In this document: one piece after another, positions 26,879 to 37,400 of the stretch
How positions within the stretch are numbered: position 1 is the first letter of the stretch
Layout: the number at the start of each line of letters is the position of its first letter
Assembly: GCA_964544765.1 (NCBI GenBank)
Contig: CAZJDM010000003.1
Location: 1 to 62,094 of the forward strand
DNA from: an uncultured bacterium
GTDB lineage: Bacteria > Bdellovibrionota_B > Oligoflexia > CAYFLR01
DNA length: 62,094 bases
Direction: 5' to 3'
The notes under the pieces: model-generated
The model's database searches: none
Told to the model about the DNA's origin: nothing
Seen by the model: the letters and a program-made list of their open reading frames with translations, nothing else
Made by a program: the position numbers and the translations under genes

Positions 26879-27682
26879 ATGAGGAAATTATTAGCGTTAA
26901 TGGTTCTATTGATGGGAACCAATTTATCAGCTAAAAAGTTTAAGATATTCCAGGATATAGATGTTTTTACAGGTTATGGATATTATCAAGCTACTTTGGT
27001 AGATGCCGCTATTGATTTTGACGATAAACTTACTGGTTTTGCTCCCAATGTTGGAATTAGGGTTCATTTTTTTCCGCCATCTTGGGTTAAATTGGGTTTG
27101 ACCTGTTCCTTGGGCATGATGGATACTTTAACGGGGGATATTGATAAAGAGGGGGAGGGTTTTTACTCCTTTGAAATTAAACCAAAGTTTTATGGAATGA
27201 AATCATGGCACTTGAACTCAGGTTTGGATATCATGATCCCCTTTAATTTAAGTAAAATAAAGTTTATTAAATTTTTTCGGAAAATGAAAAAGATAGAATT
27301 TGCTTTGCGAGGGGAAGCGGGTTTAATGTTGGGTACTGCTGATACCAGTGTAACTTTTGCCAAAAATGATTCTACTCAAGCAGAAAGTCTATATGGTGCC
27401 AAATTGCAGGCTGAGATGCAGGCTCTTGGACAATATTGGCAAGCTGATTTAACTACTAGTTGGATAATCAAAAAGAAGTTTAAACTGGGTATTACCATGG
27501 GTTATAGAAGGGTTATGTCATATATAATTGGTTCAAAAGTACCATTATTGTTAGATAGACCTAAAAGTATTAATGTGTCAGAGGTTGTATATGATGAAGA
27601 TATTGAAACTCTGGCTGTTTATAAAAATCTTAATACCATTCTTTTGCTACTTAATTTTAAATGGACCTTGGCTAAGCGTTGA
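26879..27682 (+). CDS. Secreted hypothetical protein, possibly small OM beta-barrel
   Basis: The ORF opens at 26849, but 'MRKLLALMVLLMGTNLSA' from the ATG at 26879 is a clean signal peptide. It shows alternating beta-strand-like patterns. Confidence 0.5.
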   Translation: MRKLLALMVLLMGTNLSAKKFKIFQDIDVFTGYGYYQATLVDAAIDFDDKLTGFAPNVGIRVHFFPPSWVKLGLTCSLGMMDTLTGDIDKEGEGFYSFEIKPKFYGMKSWHLNSGLDIMIPFNLSKIKFIKFFRKMKKIEFALRGEAGLMLGTADTSVTFAKNDSTQAESLYGAKLQAEMQALGQYWQADLTTSWIIKKKFKLGITMGYRRVMSYIIGSKVPLLLDRPKSINVSEVVYDEDIETLAVYKNLNTILLLLNFKWTLAKR

Positions 27683-27803
27683 GTATGTTCTGCTCATAAA
27701 TCAACCTAGTAATAATTCATAAGTATTCAATAAATTAATAAAGAATCGAAAAAATTTTACGAAAAAAATAGTGATATGATGACCTTTTCTATGTTTTGAG
27801 GTT

Positions 27804-28622
27804 GTGGTGAAGTTATTTTATATTTTCATTATGAAGATATGTCTAGTTTATATTTGTAATTTCTTTATGTTATTGGGATTAACAGCAGAAAGCTGGGCGA
27901 TAGAAAAAGACCCACAAGTCAATGAAAAACCAAAAAAATCGACTATTAAAAAGAAACGAATAAAAAAGAAAAGGAGAGTGGAGAAGGAAGAAAGTCAAGA
28001 AATAATCAAACCTCAAAGATCTAAAAAGGAGGAGAGACAAAAAGAAGTTGTTGTTAGGGATAAAGAACCTGTTATCTGGGATATGCCCTATATAATTGAA
28101 ACAGCTTTTCAAACTGGAACATTACTTAATGAATCATATGTTAAGGCGTATTTGTTTGGAGCCAAAGGCGGTATTATATTTTCTGGCTTAGTAGGGATCG
28201 AGGTAGAGTTTAGCTTGATAAGTTCAGCAGAAAACCAGGATAAAAAAGAACTGAATAAGTTGAAAGATCTAGCCGAAGCTAATTCGAAAACTGTGAATAT
28301 TAACCTAGATAAAAATGTTGTAAAAACTTATTTTGATTATGAATTTTTTATAATTCCTATTAAGGCCAAACTCATTTCATTTGTCTTACCTGTGTATTAT
28401 TTTGATATGTTTTTCTTGGCTGGTCAAAGTCAATTGAAGACAGATCAAGGTAGGATCAGTGCTTTAATGATGGGTGTGGGTCAGAGAATTTACGTAAGCT
28501 ACAATCTTTCAATCAGGATGGATTTAAAAATTAGGTTTTTCTCGGAAGAAAAAGGAACAGATGAAGAAAACATTAGTCGACGACTAGTAAGTTTTGGTTT
28601 GGGAGTAAGTTATATGCTTTGA
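27804..28622 (+). CDS. Secreted hypothetical protein with K/R/E-rich segment, possibly OM beta-barrel
   Basis: 272 aa with a GTG start (alternative ATG at 27831). It has a signal peptide and 'KPKKSTIKKKRIKKKRRVEKEESQE...' followed by beta-rich sequence. Confidence 0.5.
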   Translation: MVKLFYIFIMKICLVYICNFFMLLGLTAESWAIEKDPQVNEKPKKSTIKKKRIKKKRRVEKEESQEIIKPQRSKKEERQKEVVVRDKEPVIWDMPYIIETAFQTGTLLNESYVKAYLFGAKGGIIFSGLVGIEVEFSLISSAENQDKKELNKLKDLAEANSKTVNINLDKNVVKTYFDYEFFIIPIKAKLISFVLPVYYFDMFFLAGQSQLKTDQGRISALMMGVGQRIYVSYNLSIRMDLKIRFFSEEKGTDEENISRRLVSFGLGVSYML

Positions 28623-28650
28623 TATGATGAGATGAGGTGAGTAACACCGA

Positions 28651-29799
28651 TTATAGATCAATCAAAGGACGGTTGTGTAATTCGCTATTACATGAGTTAA
28701 AAGTTGATTTGTCCATTTTGATCCATTCGAAGACCGGTTGTCCCAATCCTAGTGGAGCAGTTAGATCCTTTCCTACAAATCGGTAATATGTTTTTTGATC
28801 CTCTTGTCGGGCGTACATTTTTTCTAAGGCGTTATCAAGAGTGACGTCCTCTTCTTTTAGTTTCAATAAAAATTGCATAGCCGTATATTTTATAAAGTAA
28901 CTAAATGATTCATGTTCAGGTAAAAAGGCTTCAAAATGGACTCTATCAATACATTTAAGGTATTTCTTTTTTAATTCAGGTTCGGTTTTCTTTTTCTTCA
29001 TGGTCTTTTTATATCTTTTATGACAAGCTGCTATGAATTTATCTATTTCAGAGGGGTCAGCTATAGGGAAGTCTTGAGTTACATATTGAAGAGCTCTTTT
29101 ATATCCCAAAAAATTTGTAACTTTGTATAGAGGGTATTGCTTATTTTTATCAATAAAAGGTCCTTTATAGGTCGACCAGAAGTTTACAAGTAAGTTTCGT
29201 GTTGATTGTTTTAATTCACTTATATCTTTTACTCCAGTATATTCAGGATCTTTAGGATCAATGGCCACCACTTTCCAGTCTGCTTTCCAATGTTTTTTCT
29301 TCTTACAAGGAGCTTTCTTGCATTTATGTAATTTCATTATTCCAATTACCTTAACAGTCGAAGACTCTTTTTTTCCTGAATCAAGTAGTTGTTTATAATA
29401 TTCATCTCTTCCTATTACTATAAGCTGTAATATTTTTCCTTTTTTGCTGTAACGACCCGGAGAAACACCATAATTAGCGACAAATCCATCAGATGTATAG
29501 TCTTTAGTTACCGATTTTTGAGAGCATGTTAATCGTTTTACTGATAAATTGCCTGTTGAAAGGTGATAACGAAATAATTTATTACCACCACTATATGCGG
29601 TAGGTGTAAATAAAACCTCGTCGTCTGCCAAATCAGCCGAGTCTAATAATTTATAAAGTAATTTGGGTTTATCCGGCTCAAATGGGTTATTTTGACCAGA
29701 GCCAGATTCATCCTGCTCCCCTTCTTTGTCTTTTTTAGTGGGGGTACAAGCTGAAAAAACTAATAATATCAATAGTAAAATAAATTTAAGATTTGACAT
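28651..29799 (-). CDS. Lipoprotein, unknown function
   Basis: 382 aa with a lipobox (LLVFSAC|T). It contains a Cys/Lys-rich patch, 'KLHKCKKAPCKKKKHWK'. Confidence 0.55.
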   Translation of the reverse strand: MSNLKFILLLILLVFSACTPTKKDKEGEQDESGSGQNNPFEPDKPKLLYKLLDSADLADDEVLFTPTAYSGGNKLFRYHLSTGNLSVKRLTCSQKSVTKDYTSDGFVANYGVSPGRYSKKGKILQLIVIGRDEYYKQLLDSGKKESSTVKVIGIMKLHKCKKAPCKKKKHWKADWKVVAIDPKDPEYTGVKDISELKQSTRNLLVNFWSTYKGPFIDKNKQYPLYKVTNFLGYKRALQYVTQDFPIADPSEIDKFIAACHKRYKKTMKKKKTEPELKKKYLKCIDRVHFEAFLPEHESFSYFIKYTAMQFLLKLKEEDVTLDNALEKMYARQEDQKTYYRFVGKDLTAPLGLGQPVFEWIKMDKSTFNSCNSELHNRPLIDL

Positions 29800-29946
29800 A
29801 GATGTTAAGATTCCTTTAAAGGTATTAAGGTATTACACACCGAAACGCTTCTTTTGAAGCTCTTACTCTTTAACATAAAAATTATGTTATTTGCAAGTTT
29901 CTTGCTCAATTTATAAAGGTTATAGAGGTTTATAAAGGTGGATCAG

Positions 29947-32190
29947 CTAATTTCTGTCCTTTAAATAAGTGTCGTTAGAAGCATAGTAGGTAAATTGGGG
30001 TAAGGGAATATGTGCTAATTTAGACTCAGACTTGTAGATTTTGCGGTAATGAAAGAAATTTACCATTACCTTTTTGACGTAATTTCTGGTTTCTCGGAAA
30101 GGTATATTTTCAATAAATTGATCAATGTATAAATCAGGGCCCTGATTTATCCAGTTTAACACGCGTTCTTCCCCTGCATTATATGCTGCTGTTGCCAATA
30201 TGTAATTTCCATCAAAGAGATCTAATAACTGTCTTAAGTAGTATGTTCCTAATTTAATATTGGTGGTTGGTTGACTTAAGTATGTGGTATCAAAATCTAT
30301 TAGTTTGGTAAGATCTGCTAATCGTTTACCAGTCTTGGGCATAATTTGCATCAAGCCAATAGCTCCAGCGGGAGATACAACTTGAGGGCGAAATCCACTT
30401 TCTGCTCTCATTATGGACCAGATGAAAGCCATATCAATATCATGTTTTCTGGCGTTTTTTTCAACTTGACTTCTAAAGGCCTGAGGGTAAAACGCTTGTA
30501 TTAAGATTGACTTTTGGGTTGTCGTTAATGGCAATTTTTCCTTGTGGTATTTTAATACTGCCTTATAAGGTGTTCGATAATTATTAACTTTGGAAAACAA
30601 ATATGTAAAAGCAGGAATGTAGTTGTCATTTTTTGCGTATTGATAAAAATCATTTTGCATTAGTATATTGGCCTCAGTTTTATACCCTAACTCGATTAAG
30701 GTAATCTTCTTATCCAATTCATTAACAGGAGGGTATACTTCAGATAATATTTCTGGTTCTTGTATTTTTCGGTAAGCAATAGTATCTTCTGGTTGATCTT
30801 CGACACTATTGGATTCGTTAATGTTATTGAGCCATTTATGGGCCATTAAGCCATAATAACCGTGAGGACTTTTATCTCGAATATTTTGAAATATTACTTT
30901 TGCCTCCTCTTTCTTTTTTAAGCTCCATAATGTTCTGGCTTTCCAATAAGAAGCTTTTTTACCTAGATGTCGTGTAGGGTATTGTTTACTTATATTGTTA
31001 AATTTTGATAATGCCTTATTCAGGTCCCTATTTAAAAGTGAATTCCAAGCACTATACCATTTAGAAGAGGATCTTCTACCAGATAAATTAAAATATTTAT
31101 CAGCTGTGGCAAAATCTCCTTCGCGTAAATATTCCAGGGCTAGTTCAAAGGTTGCATTACGACCATACTTGGTCTTAGGATGGTTATTGATAGCTTTTTT
31201 AAAATAGTATTTGCCTTGTTCCGATTTTCCTGATCGATTATATGAACGAGCGGTTTGATACAAAGCATAGGCTTTTTGGGATGATTTACGTACAAGTGAA
31301 TAGAGAAATTTATAAGTCGGTGCAGCTTTGCTATAATTCCTTTCTTTAAAATAATAATTTGCTATGTGCTTGGCAGTTTCAATTTCAATTTTTTGGATAC
31401 GATTTTTCTTTTGAGGTGTATTTAAAGCTTGATAGATTGATAAAATTCCCTTCCTGTCTTTATTTCGGGCATAAAATCTGGTTAACTTCGGTAGTTTTTT
31501 TCTACCAGAGAATTTAGATGAAGGAGATAAAATATTATTTTTTACTAGAAATGTTTTAACTTTTTTATAAAAAGCCGGATCCTTTATCTCCCATAATAGA
31601 GTATTTAAGGTTTTGCTAGCTTTAGTAACAATACCTTGTTTGAGATATGCTTTACCCAATTTGAACCATAGTTCATTTTTGTCCTGCTTGTTACCATAAG
31701 CGATCTTTTTTTTCGTTAGGATTAGTCTGACTTTTTCTAAGTTTGATAATTCCAATTCTGACTCTAATATTCGATAAAAAGCTTCTTTTTGAAACTTTTT
31801 TATTTCTTTAATTTTTTTGAATTTTTTAATATGGGCCATTTTTTGTAGTGATTGATACGCGTCAATTGCTTTTAAAAACTGCCTATCATTAAAAAAACTC
31901 TTACCTAAGTAAAGATAGACTAGTTGTATATAATCGTTTTCTTCATTTTGTTTTAGATAGTTTAGGCACTTTAAATAGTGTGGAATTGCTAAACTATATT
32001 TTGTTTGATCAAAAAATTGCTTACCCTTTTTTAAGTCGGAATAAAAAGATTTCTCTTGTATTAGTTTTTGAGAACTTTCTATTACAGCGGGTATTGTTGT
32101 ACAAAAGAAAATTATCAAAACTGGGTAACTGAGAATTATAAGCAGTGTACGTAACATTATTAAGGATTTCTTTCGAATGGAGTTGAACAT
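29947..32190 (-). CDS. slt: Soluble lytic murein transglycosylase (Slt70-like: superhelical TPR-like N-domain plus SLT domain)
   Basis: 747 aa. 'IMRAESGFRPQVVSPAGAIGLMQIMP' matches the catalytic SLT motif ES...S.AGA.GLMQ. 'AAYNAGEERV' follows downstream. The N-terminal region is long and helical-repeat-like. Confidence 0.85.
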   Translation of the reverse strand: MFNSIRKKSLIMLRTLLIILSYPVLIIFFCTTIPAVIESSQKLIQEKSFYSDLKKGKQFFDQTKYSLAIPHYLKCLNYLKQNEENDYIQLVYLYLGKSFFNDRQFLKAIDAYQSLQKMAHIKKFKKIKEIKKFQKEAFYRILESELELSNLEKVRLILTKKKIAYGNKQDKNELWFKLGKAYLKQGIVTKASKTLNTLLWEIKDPAFYKKVKTFLVKNNILSPSSKFSGRKKLPKLTRFYARNKDRKGILSIYQALNTPQKKNRIQKIEIETAKHIANYYFKERNYSKAAPTYKFLYSLVRKSSQKAYALYQTARSYNRSGKSEQGKYYFKKAINNHPKTKYGRNATFELALEYLREGDFATADKYFNLSGRRSSSKWYSAWNSLLNRDLNKALSKFNNISKQYPTRHLGKKASYWKARTLWSLKKKEEAKVIFQNIRDKSPHGYYGLMAHKWLNNINESNSVEDQPEDTIAYRKIQEPEILSEVYPPVNELDKKITLIELGYKTEANILMQNDFYQYAKNDNYIPAFTYLFSKVNNYRTPYKAVLKYHKEKLPLTTTQKSILIQAFYPQAFRSQVEKNARKHDIDMAFIWSIMRAESGFRPQVVSPAGAIGLMQIMPKTGKRLADLTKLIDFDTTYLSQPTTNIKLGTYYLRQLLDLFDGNYILATAAYNAGEERVLNWINQGPDLYIDQFIENIPFRETRNYVKKVMVNFFHYRKIYKSESKLAHIPLPQFTYYASNDTYLKDRN

Positions 32191-32252
32191 ACCTACAAGT
32201 ATTCGGTAGGAATTTTAAATACTTGAGTAAATTTCTTGTAACTTCTTAATTC

Positions 32253-33137
32253 CTAAAGATGAACAAAAAAGGTGAGACCTCCAAAATAGGAGGTTAAAGT
32301 TAACTCAGTTACATGAAATTTTTGTGATTCAAAATTTCTTGAGGCATACGAATATCCACCAAAAAATCTCAGCGCTCCGATTTCAATGAAGAACTCTCCT
32401 TCGTACGAGTAATATTGTTTAAAAGATGGATCGGTTCCATTGGTATAATAATTGAATTCCTTCCAGTAAAAGAAATGTCCTTCGATTCCAATAATAGGAA
32501 AGAAATAAAAAGTCATGGCCACGCCAGGAGCATATGCCGCGAATTTTTCTAAATAAGGATCGTAATCTGAAGACATCTCCATTTTTTCTAAATGAAATTG
32601 TGTTCGAAATTTTAATGCAAGTTGGAAATCCTGTGAATCAACACCTAAAAAACGGAAGGATAATTCCAATCCTTGAATATCCAGTAATGATGCGGGATAA
32701 AGCGTTTTGGGTTTGGGTATTAAGTTTCGAAAGGTTTTCTCGGGGCCAAAGGACATGCCATTTGGTGAGATACTTTGATAAATAAAAAATAACCCAATAT
32801 CAAAATCATACATTCTGTTGGAAGTAGCTTCTAATAAACAATTATTACAATAAACCCCACCTCGTAAATAATATGAGGGCGCTGCTACCATATTTTTACT
32901 CGATCTGTAGGCAGTTAATACTCCATTGTTCCACCTAATGGAGGAGTGTAAAGAATATTCGATATCAGCTTTATTACTTTTTCTACGTTTATCTGTAATT
33001 GCGCTTTGAAAGGGTTTGGCCATTATTTTTTCAATAAAGGTCATTTCGGCCCACAAGATTTTTGAAAAAGATAAAAATACACCAATAGTTATTAGTATTT
33101 GAATAAAAACAAAACGTAGGGTCATGCTTGTAAGCAT
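32253..33137 (-). CDS. Secreted hypothetical protein, possibly OM beta-barrel
   Basis: 294 aa with a signal peptide (IQILITIGVFLSFSKILWA) and aromatic-rich alternating strands. Confidence 0.5.
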   Translation of the reverse strand: MLTSMTLRFVFIQILITIGVFLSFSKILWAEMTFIEKIMAKPFQSAITDKRRKSNKADIEYSLHSSIRWNNGVLTAYRSSKNMVAAPSYYLRGGVYCNNCLLEATSNRMYDFDIGLFFIYQSISPNGMSFGPEKTFRNLIPKPKTLYPASLLDIQGLELSFRFLGVDSQDFQLALKFRTQFHLEKMEMSSDYDPYLEKFAAYAPGVAMTFYFFPIIGIEGHFFYWKEFNYYTNGTDPSFKQYYSYEGEFFIEIGALRFFGGYSYASRNFESQKFHVTELTLTSYFGGLTFFVHL

Positions 33138-33223
33138 AATAGAATTTTAAAAATTATTCAATTTTTAACTATTTTCAAAAGGAGCTTGAACTATATCCTC
33201 AAAAAAGATTTTATTCTATTCAT

Positions 33224-33775
33224 TTAATTGATTGACTCTCCACCTGGTATTAATCCGGCTGGATCGATATTCATCTTTTTAAGAACTGTATTCCAGATAG
33301 TTTTGGGGGAAGAATTAAAAATAATTTCTTTGTTTGCTTCGGTTGAGATCCAGGTACCAATCTTGATCTCATTGTTCAGTTGATCTATTCCCCAACCTGA
33401 ATATCCTAAGAAGAAGCGTATTTGTTGACTGTCATTCTTCAATAATTCTTCTAGAGACTCCTTGGAGGTGCTTAAATATACTCCAGGAAGAATTTCTTGT
33501 TTTTCCTCTACTTTGTTGTTGTCGTGAACAATCCATCCTAATTCGGTCTGAACGGGTCCACCCTGATAGGCGGGAATATTTTTAATGGCATCGTTACATT
33601 CTAATTGCTGATCTTTTCCTATCTGGTTTAAAGTAATAGATAGAGGATTATTAATGATTAAACCAAAGGCACCCTTAGAAGAATCTTCCAAAAGGAGAAT
33701 GACGCTTTGTTTAAAGTTTGCATCCGACATTTGGGGCATGGCAATTAAAAATGATACTTTATCTATTTTCTTCAT
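33224..33775 (-). CDS. YqgE/AlgH family protein (UPF0301)
   Basis: 183 aa. 'FKQSVILLLEDSSKGAFGLIINNPL', 'YQGGPV' and 'FLGYSGWGIDQLNNEI' are characteristic of the family. Confidence 0.85.
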   Translation of the reverse strand: MKKIDKVSFLIAMPQMSDANFKQSVILLLEDSSKGAFGLIINNPLSITLNQIGKDQQLECNDAIKNIPAYQGGPVQTELGWIVHDNNKVEEKQEILPGVYLSTSKESLEELLKNDSQQIRFFLGYSGWGIDQLNNEIKIGTWISTEANKEIIFNSSPKTIWNTVLKKMNIDPAGLIPGGESIN

Positions 33776-33846
33776 ACAAATTAGGTGTTACATCATTTGG
33801 ATGTTATTTGTCAATAAGTGCTGGTAGTATCTGTTTTGCTATTGTA

Positions 33847-34398
33847 CTAATTAAGGTGACAGGTAAGCGAAGTTGTACCTCTCAAAATTCCTCGTTGAAC
33901 TGTTTTTACTTGGTAGTAAATATCGACCTTTAAGGGATCCGCAGTTTCCTCAAAATTATTGGGAATCAAATATTCAATACTGGATTCTTCGACCCCTATA
34001 GTAGTACCGTCAGGTTGCCAGGTAAACTGTTTACTAGGACTAGGATAGTTTATGCAAATATTTTGCTTTAATAAATTGGGATCAATTAATGTACATGGAA
34101 GCATCTGAAGGTTCCTTCCTACCCATGGTTGAGAAAAAGATAAATTTGTTAAATAGATATTTATATAAAGCATCTCAAGATATTTGGAGTTTTTAAAATA
34201 GTTAATTTTGGCACTTGATTTTTTTGAAGAAGAGCTGACGCATTGCCATGTTTTTGTGGGAACTGGTTCAATTGCAATTCTTTTTACTTCACTTTGATTT
34301 TTTTGCTTTGATCTGGTGTGACAAGAATATAAAAATATTGAAATAAACACTATAAAAGATATTGAAGATAGTATTAAGAGTATATTTTGTTTTCTCAT
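33847..34398 (-). CDS. Lipoprotein, unknown function
   Basis: 183 aa with a lipobox (IFLYSC|H). It lies 20 nt downstream of the 1285-aa gene, so it is probably co-transcribed. Confidence 0.5.
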   Translation of the reverse strand: MRKQNILLILSSISFIVFISIFLYSCHTRSKQKNQSEVKRIAIEPVPTKTWQCVSSSSKKSSAKINYFKNSKYLEMLYINIYLTNLSFSQPWVGRNLQMLPCTLIDPNLLKQNICINYPSPSKQFTWQPDGTTIGVEESSIEYLIPNNFEETADPLKVDIYYQVKTVQRGILRGTTSLTCHLN

Positions 34399-34418
34399 AG
34401 TGCTTCTCCTAATCTTAG

Positions 34419-37400
34419 CTAAAAACCTCCATCAGGATGCCAACCATACCAAGTATTTCTGGGATCCGATGTATCAAGTTTATATTGGTCCAAAAAGTCT
34501 TGAAGAGGAGTATCTTGTAAAATTTTATTAGGTGATTTTAATATTTCTACACTTGAGGTATATGTATCCAATTGTGGTGTGAGTTGTTGTCCGTAACTAT
34601 AATTTTCGTAATGAATTCTCTGTGGTCTTCCCTGAAGGGTTCTAAAACCATCTACAACATCAACTACCTGTTCTTCTTCTTTTAGTTCAGAGGACCAACT
34701 ATTATCTCCGAAATTCATGTCTTTCTGATAGTATATATGGTGAAGTGATTCGTGAAGTAATGTTTCACCCAGAGTTATGGGTTCTACAGCCAAACCTAAG
34801 CTTTGCCCTTGTTCATCAAAAAGTTCACGACTTTTATCTAAATAACCTCCTGGTGTGCCGTTTATGATGCTTGCTGGTGATAAACTAATCATGCTTGGAT
34901 CTCTTAGGTCATCAGGCATAAACACTCGATCCCCCATGTCCAATAGATCTGGAATTGCTGTTATTTTTATACTTGGCCCTTCACGACCACTTTCAAAGTG
35001 CTCTGAGATAAGAGCAATAGCTACATCAGGGTAATCACGCGCTAAATCGCGAATGCCATCTTTTATTCCCTCTACAGTATATTTAGCTTGACTTCCTGAA
35101 TATTCACCCAACTCTCCAAACTCATTATCCCAAGCCTGCTCAATTTGAGGTAAAGCTTTATCGTTGGGGTCATCAAGGTTGATAAAAACATCTTCATCGA
35201 TTTCATATACTTGCATAAGAAGATCCGCTATATTTCCCCTATGAATTTCTGGGACGGGACGTGGAGGTGGTACTTTAATTAAATCGTCAGGAGGTGGAGG
35301 TGGAGGACCTTCTTCACCGACTCGCCATGGTGTGGTAACTGGAATAGGAGGAGGTGGTCTAGGCTCCCCTTTTTTCCAGGGAGCTATGTCGGGTAATCCT
35401 GGAGGAGGGGAAGGTTTTTTCTTTATAAAGATTTCTCCTATTTTCCCTTGAGAACTGATACCACCTCGGGTTCTAATACCCCTAATCGATTCAGGGTCAT
35501 TAAGCATGCATGCGTCGGGACCAGCCACTAATCCAAAACCACATGGATCATTATTTAAGAAAGACTCTTCCATATCATTTGAAATTAAATTGAATAATGT
35601 AATTTTATTCTCTGAGGTGAGATCACTTATAAATTCTGGAGTATATGATCTGGTACTTCCAAACCTAATTAAGGTAACTTCATTTTTATCAATCATGGGA
35701 AAGATTGATTCTTCATTGTATAATTTTGTTAAAGGAGACTGGTCAAGGGCCAATTTGGTAAAAGGATGAGCATATATATTATCAACATTATTAGTCTTTT
35801 TATATTGCTCAATATACGTTTTTATTTTGTCTATATCTGGGTTTTGATCTCCTTGGACAACAGAATCCCGATATCTGGTAGTTTCTTTTTCTAAGGCATA
35901 TCTAAAATCAATATCTCTAAGTTGAATAAAGATAGATTCGGCCCATTTTGTTCCCTTTTTAGAGTCTTGATATTGATCTTGAATATATTGCTCAATATCT
36001 ACCTCATCTGCTTGATCGTCTTTAAGGTAAACTTTGTCAAAATTTTCAGTAAAAACCAGTTCAGAAGTATTTGCTAAATTGAAGATTAATGCTTTGGCCA
36101 CATATCGTTTTTCATTTACCAGTATCATATTATAAGGAACTGTTGCTGATTGATAAGTGAAATTAAATACAGGGTCATTGGCTGGAGTGCTTAGTACAAT
36201 CGGTATGTATCTTGCTTTGCCGTTTTTATCCAAAAATTGTTTTGAAGCGGTAGTAGGAGAAATTTCTATATAATTTTGAACTACCGGAAAACTTTCAATG
36301 TCCTTATTCAAATCATAAAAAAAGGCATAGTGGGTAGAAATATTATTTTCGGCAAATTCAAGAATCAATGAGAGCTCCCTATTATCAAAAGCATTATCTA
36401 TAATAACATTAATAACATCTCTTTTTGAATTCAAAGGTTCAGAGCGGTAAATTTGTTTTTTTTCTTTGTCTAAAATACTTAATTGGTAATAAATCATGTT
36501 GGTAATACTATCCCATTCAATAATTGTCTGGGAACTGTCCATTGTCAATTTAAGACTAGGTTTATTAATATCAAAATCGGTTAGTTGAATAGTATCCTTT
36601 TTAATAGTAGCGCTGATACAAGAAGACTCGTTTCCGGATAAGTCGCTATATTTTACAGATACATTGTTTGATGGTTTTAGTTGTTTAGGAAAGATCCAAG
36701 TTATAGAAGGATTGTATAAGTACCATTCGCCATTTATGGCACAGTCTTCAGAATTAGAAATATATACATATGATGGTGAACCTTCAGCAGCGAGAGATAA
36801 TCGTACTGATCTGGAATCAGTGTAACCAAAATTGTTATTTACGCTTATGGTGGGATTAGAAGGAGCTTTAATATCCCTAAATACATATGCAGCTCCACAG
36901 TTAATTTTATCGTCAGCACTGTTGACATAAGGAGCGCTGACAATCAAATCTTTACCGGTAATAGCCATATCCCAGCCAAAATAATCAGATTTGTTCCCCA
37001 CCTCTCCGTTAATTTTTGAAGCTTGCTTCCAAGAATATCCATCGTGCTGGAACATGTAGGTTGTGCCTGTAGTATTCTTTGAGTATTCAAAAAAGGAACC
37101 TACTAGGATAATTTGTCCGGAAATGGCTACCCTTTGACCAAAAAAATCACCGGTCATGGGGGTGTCTGATATCAGTTTTTGGCTCTCTAACCATCCTTGA
37201 GATGTATGTTGAAAGATGTATGCCGCACCGGATAACTCACCATAATCATCGTCTCCAAAAGCTCCAACAACAGCATGATCGTGGGAAATACCTACACTGA
37301 ATCCAAAATAATCATTTTCAGTCTTATCATAAGCTGTTAAAACAGATTCCAATTTAAAATTTTCTTTTTCTTCTGACCAAGAATAAATATAGGATGATCC

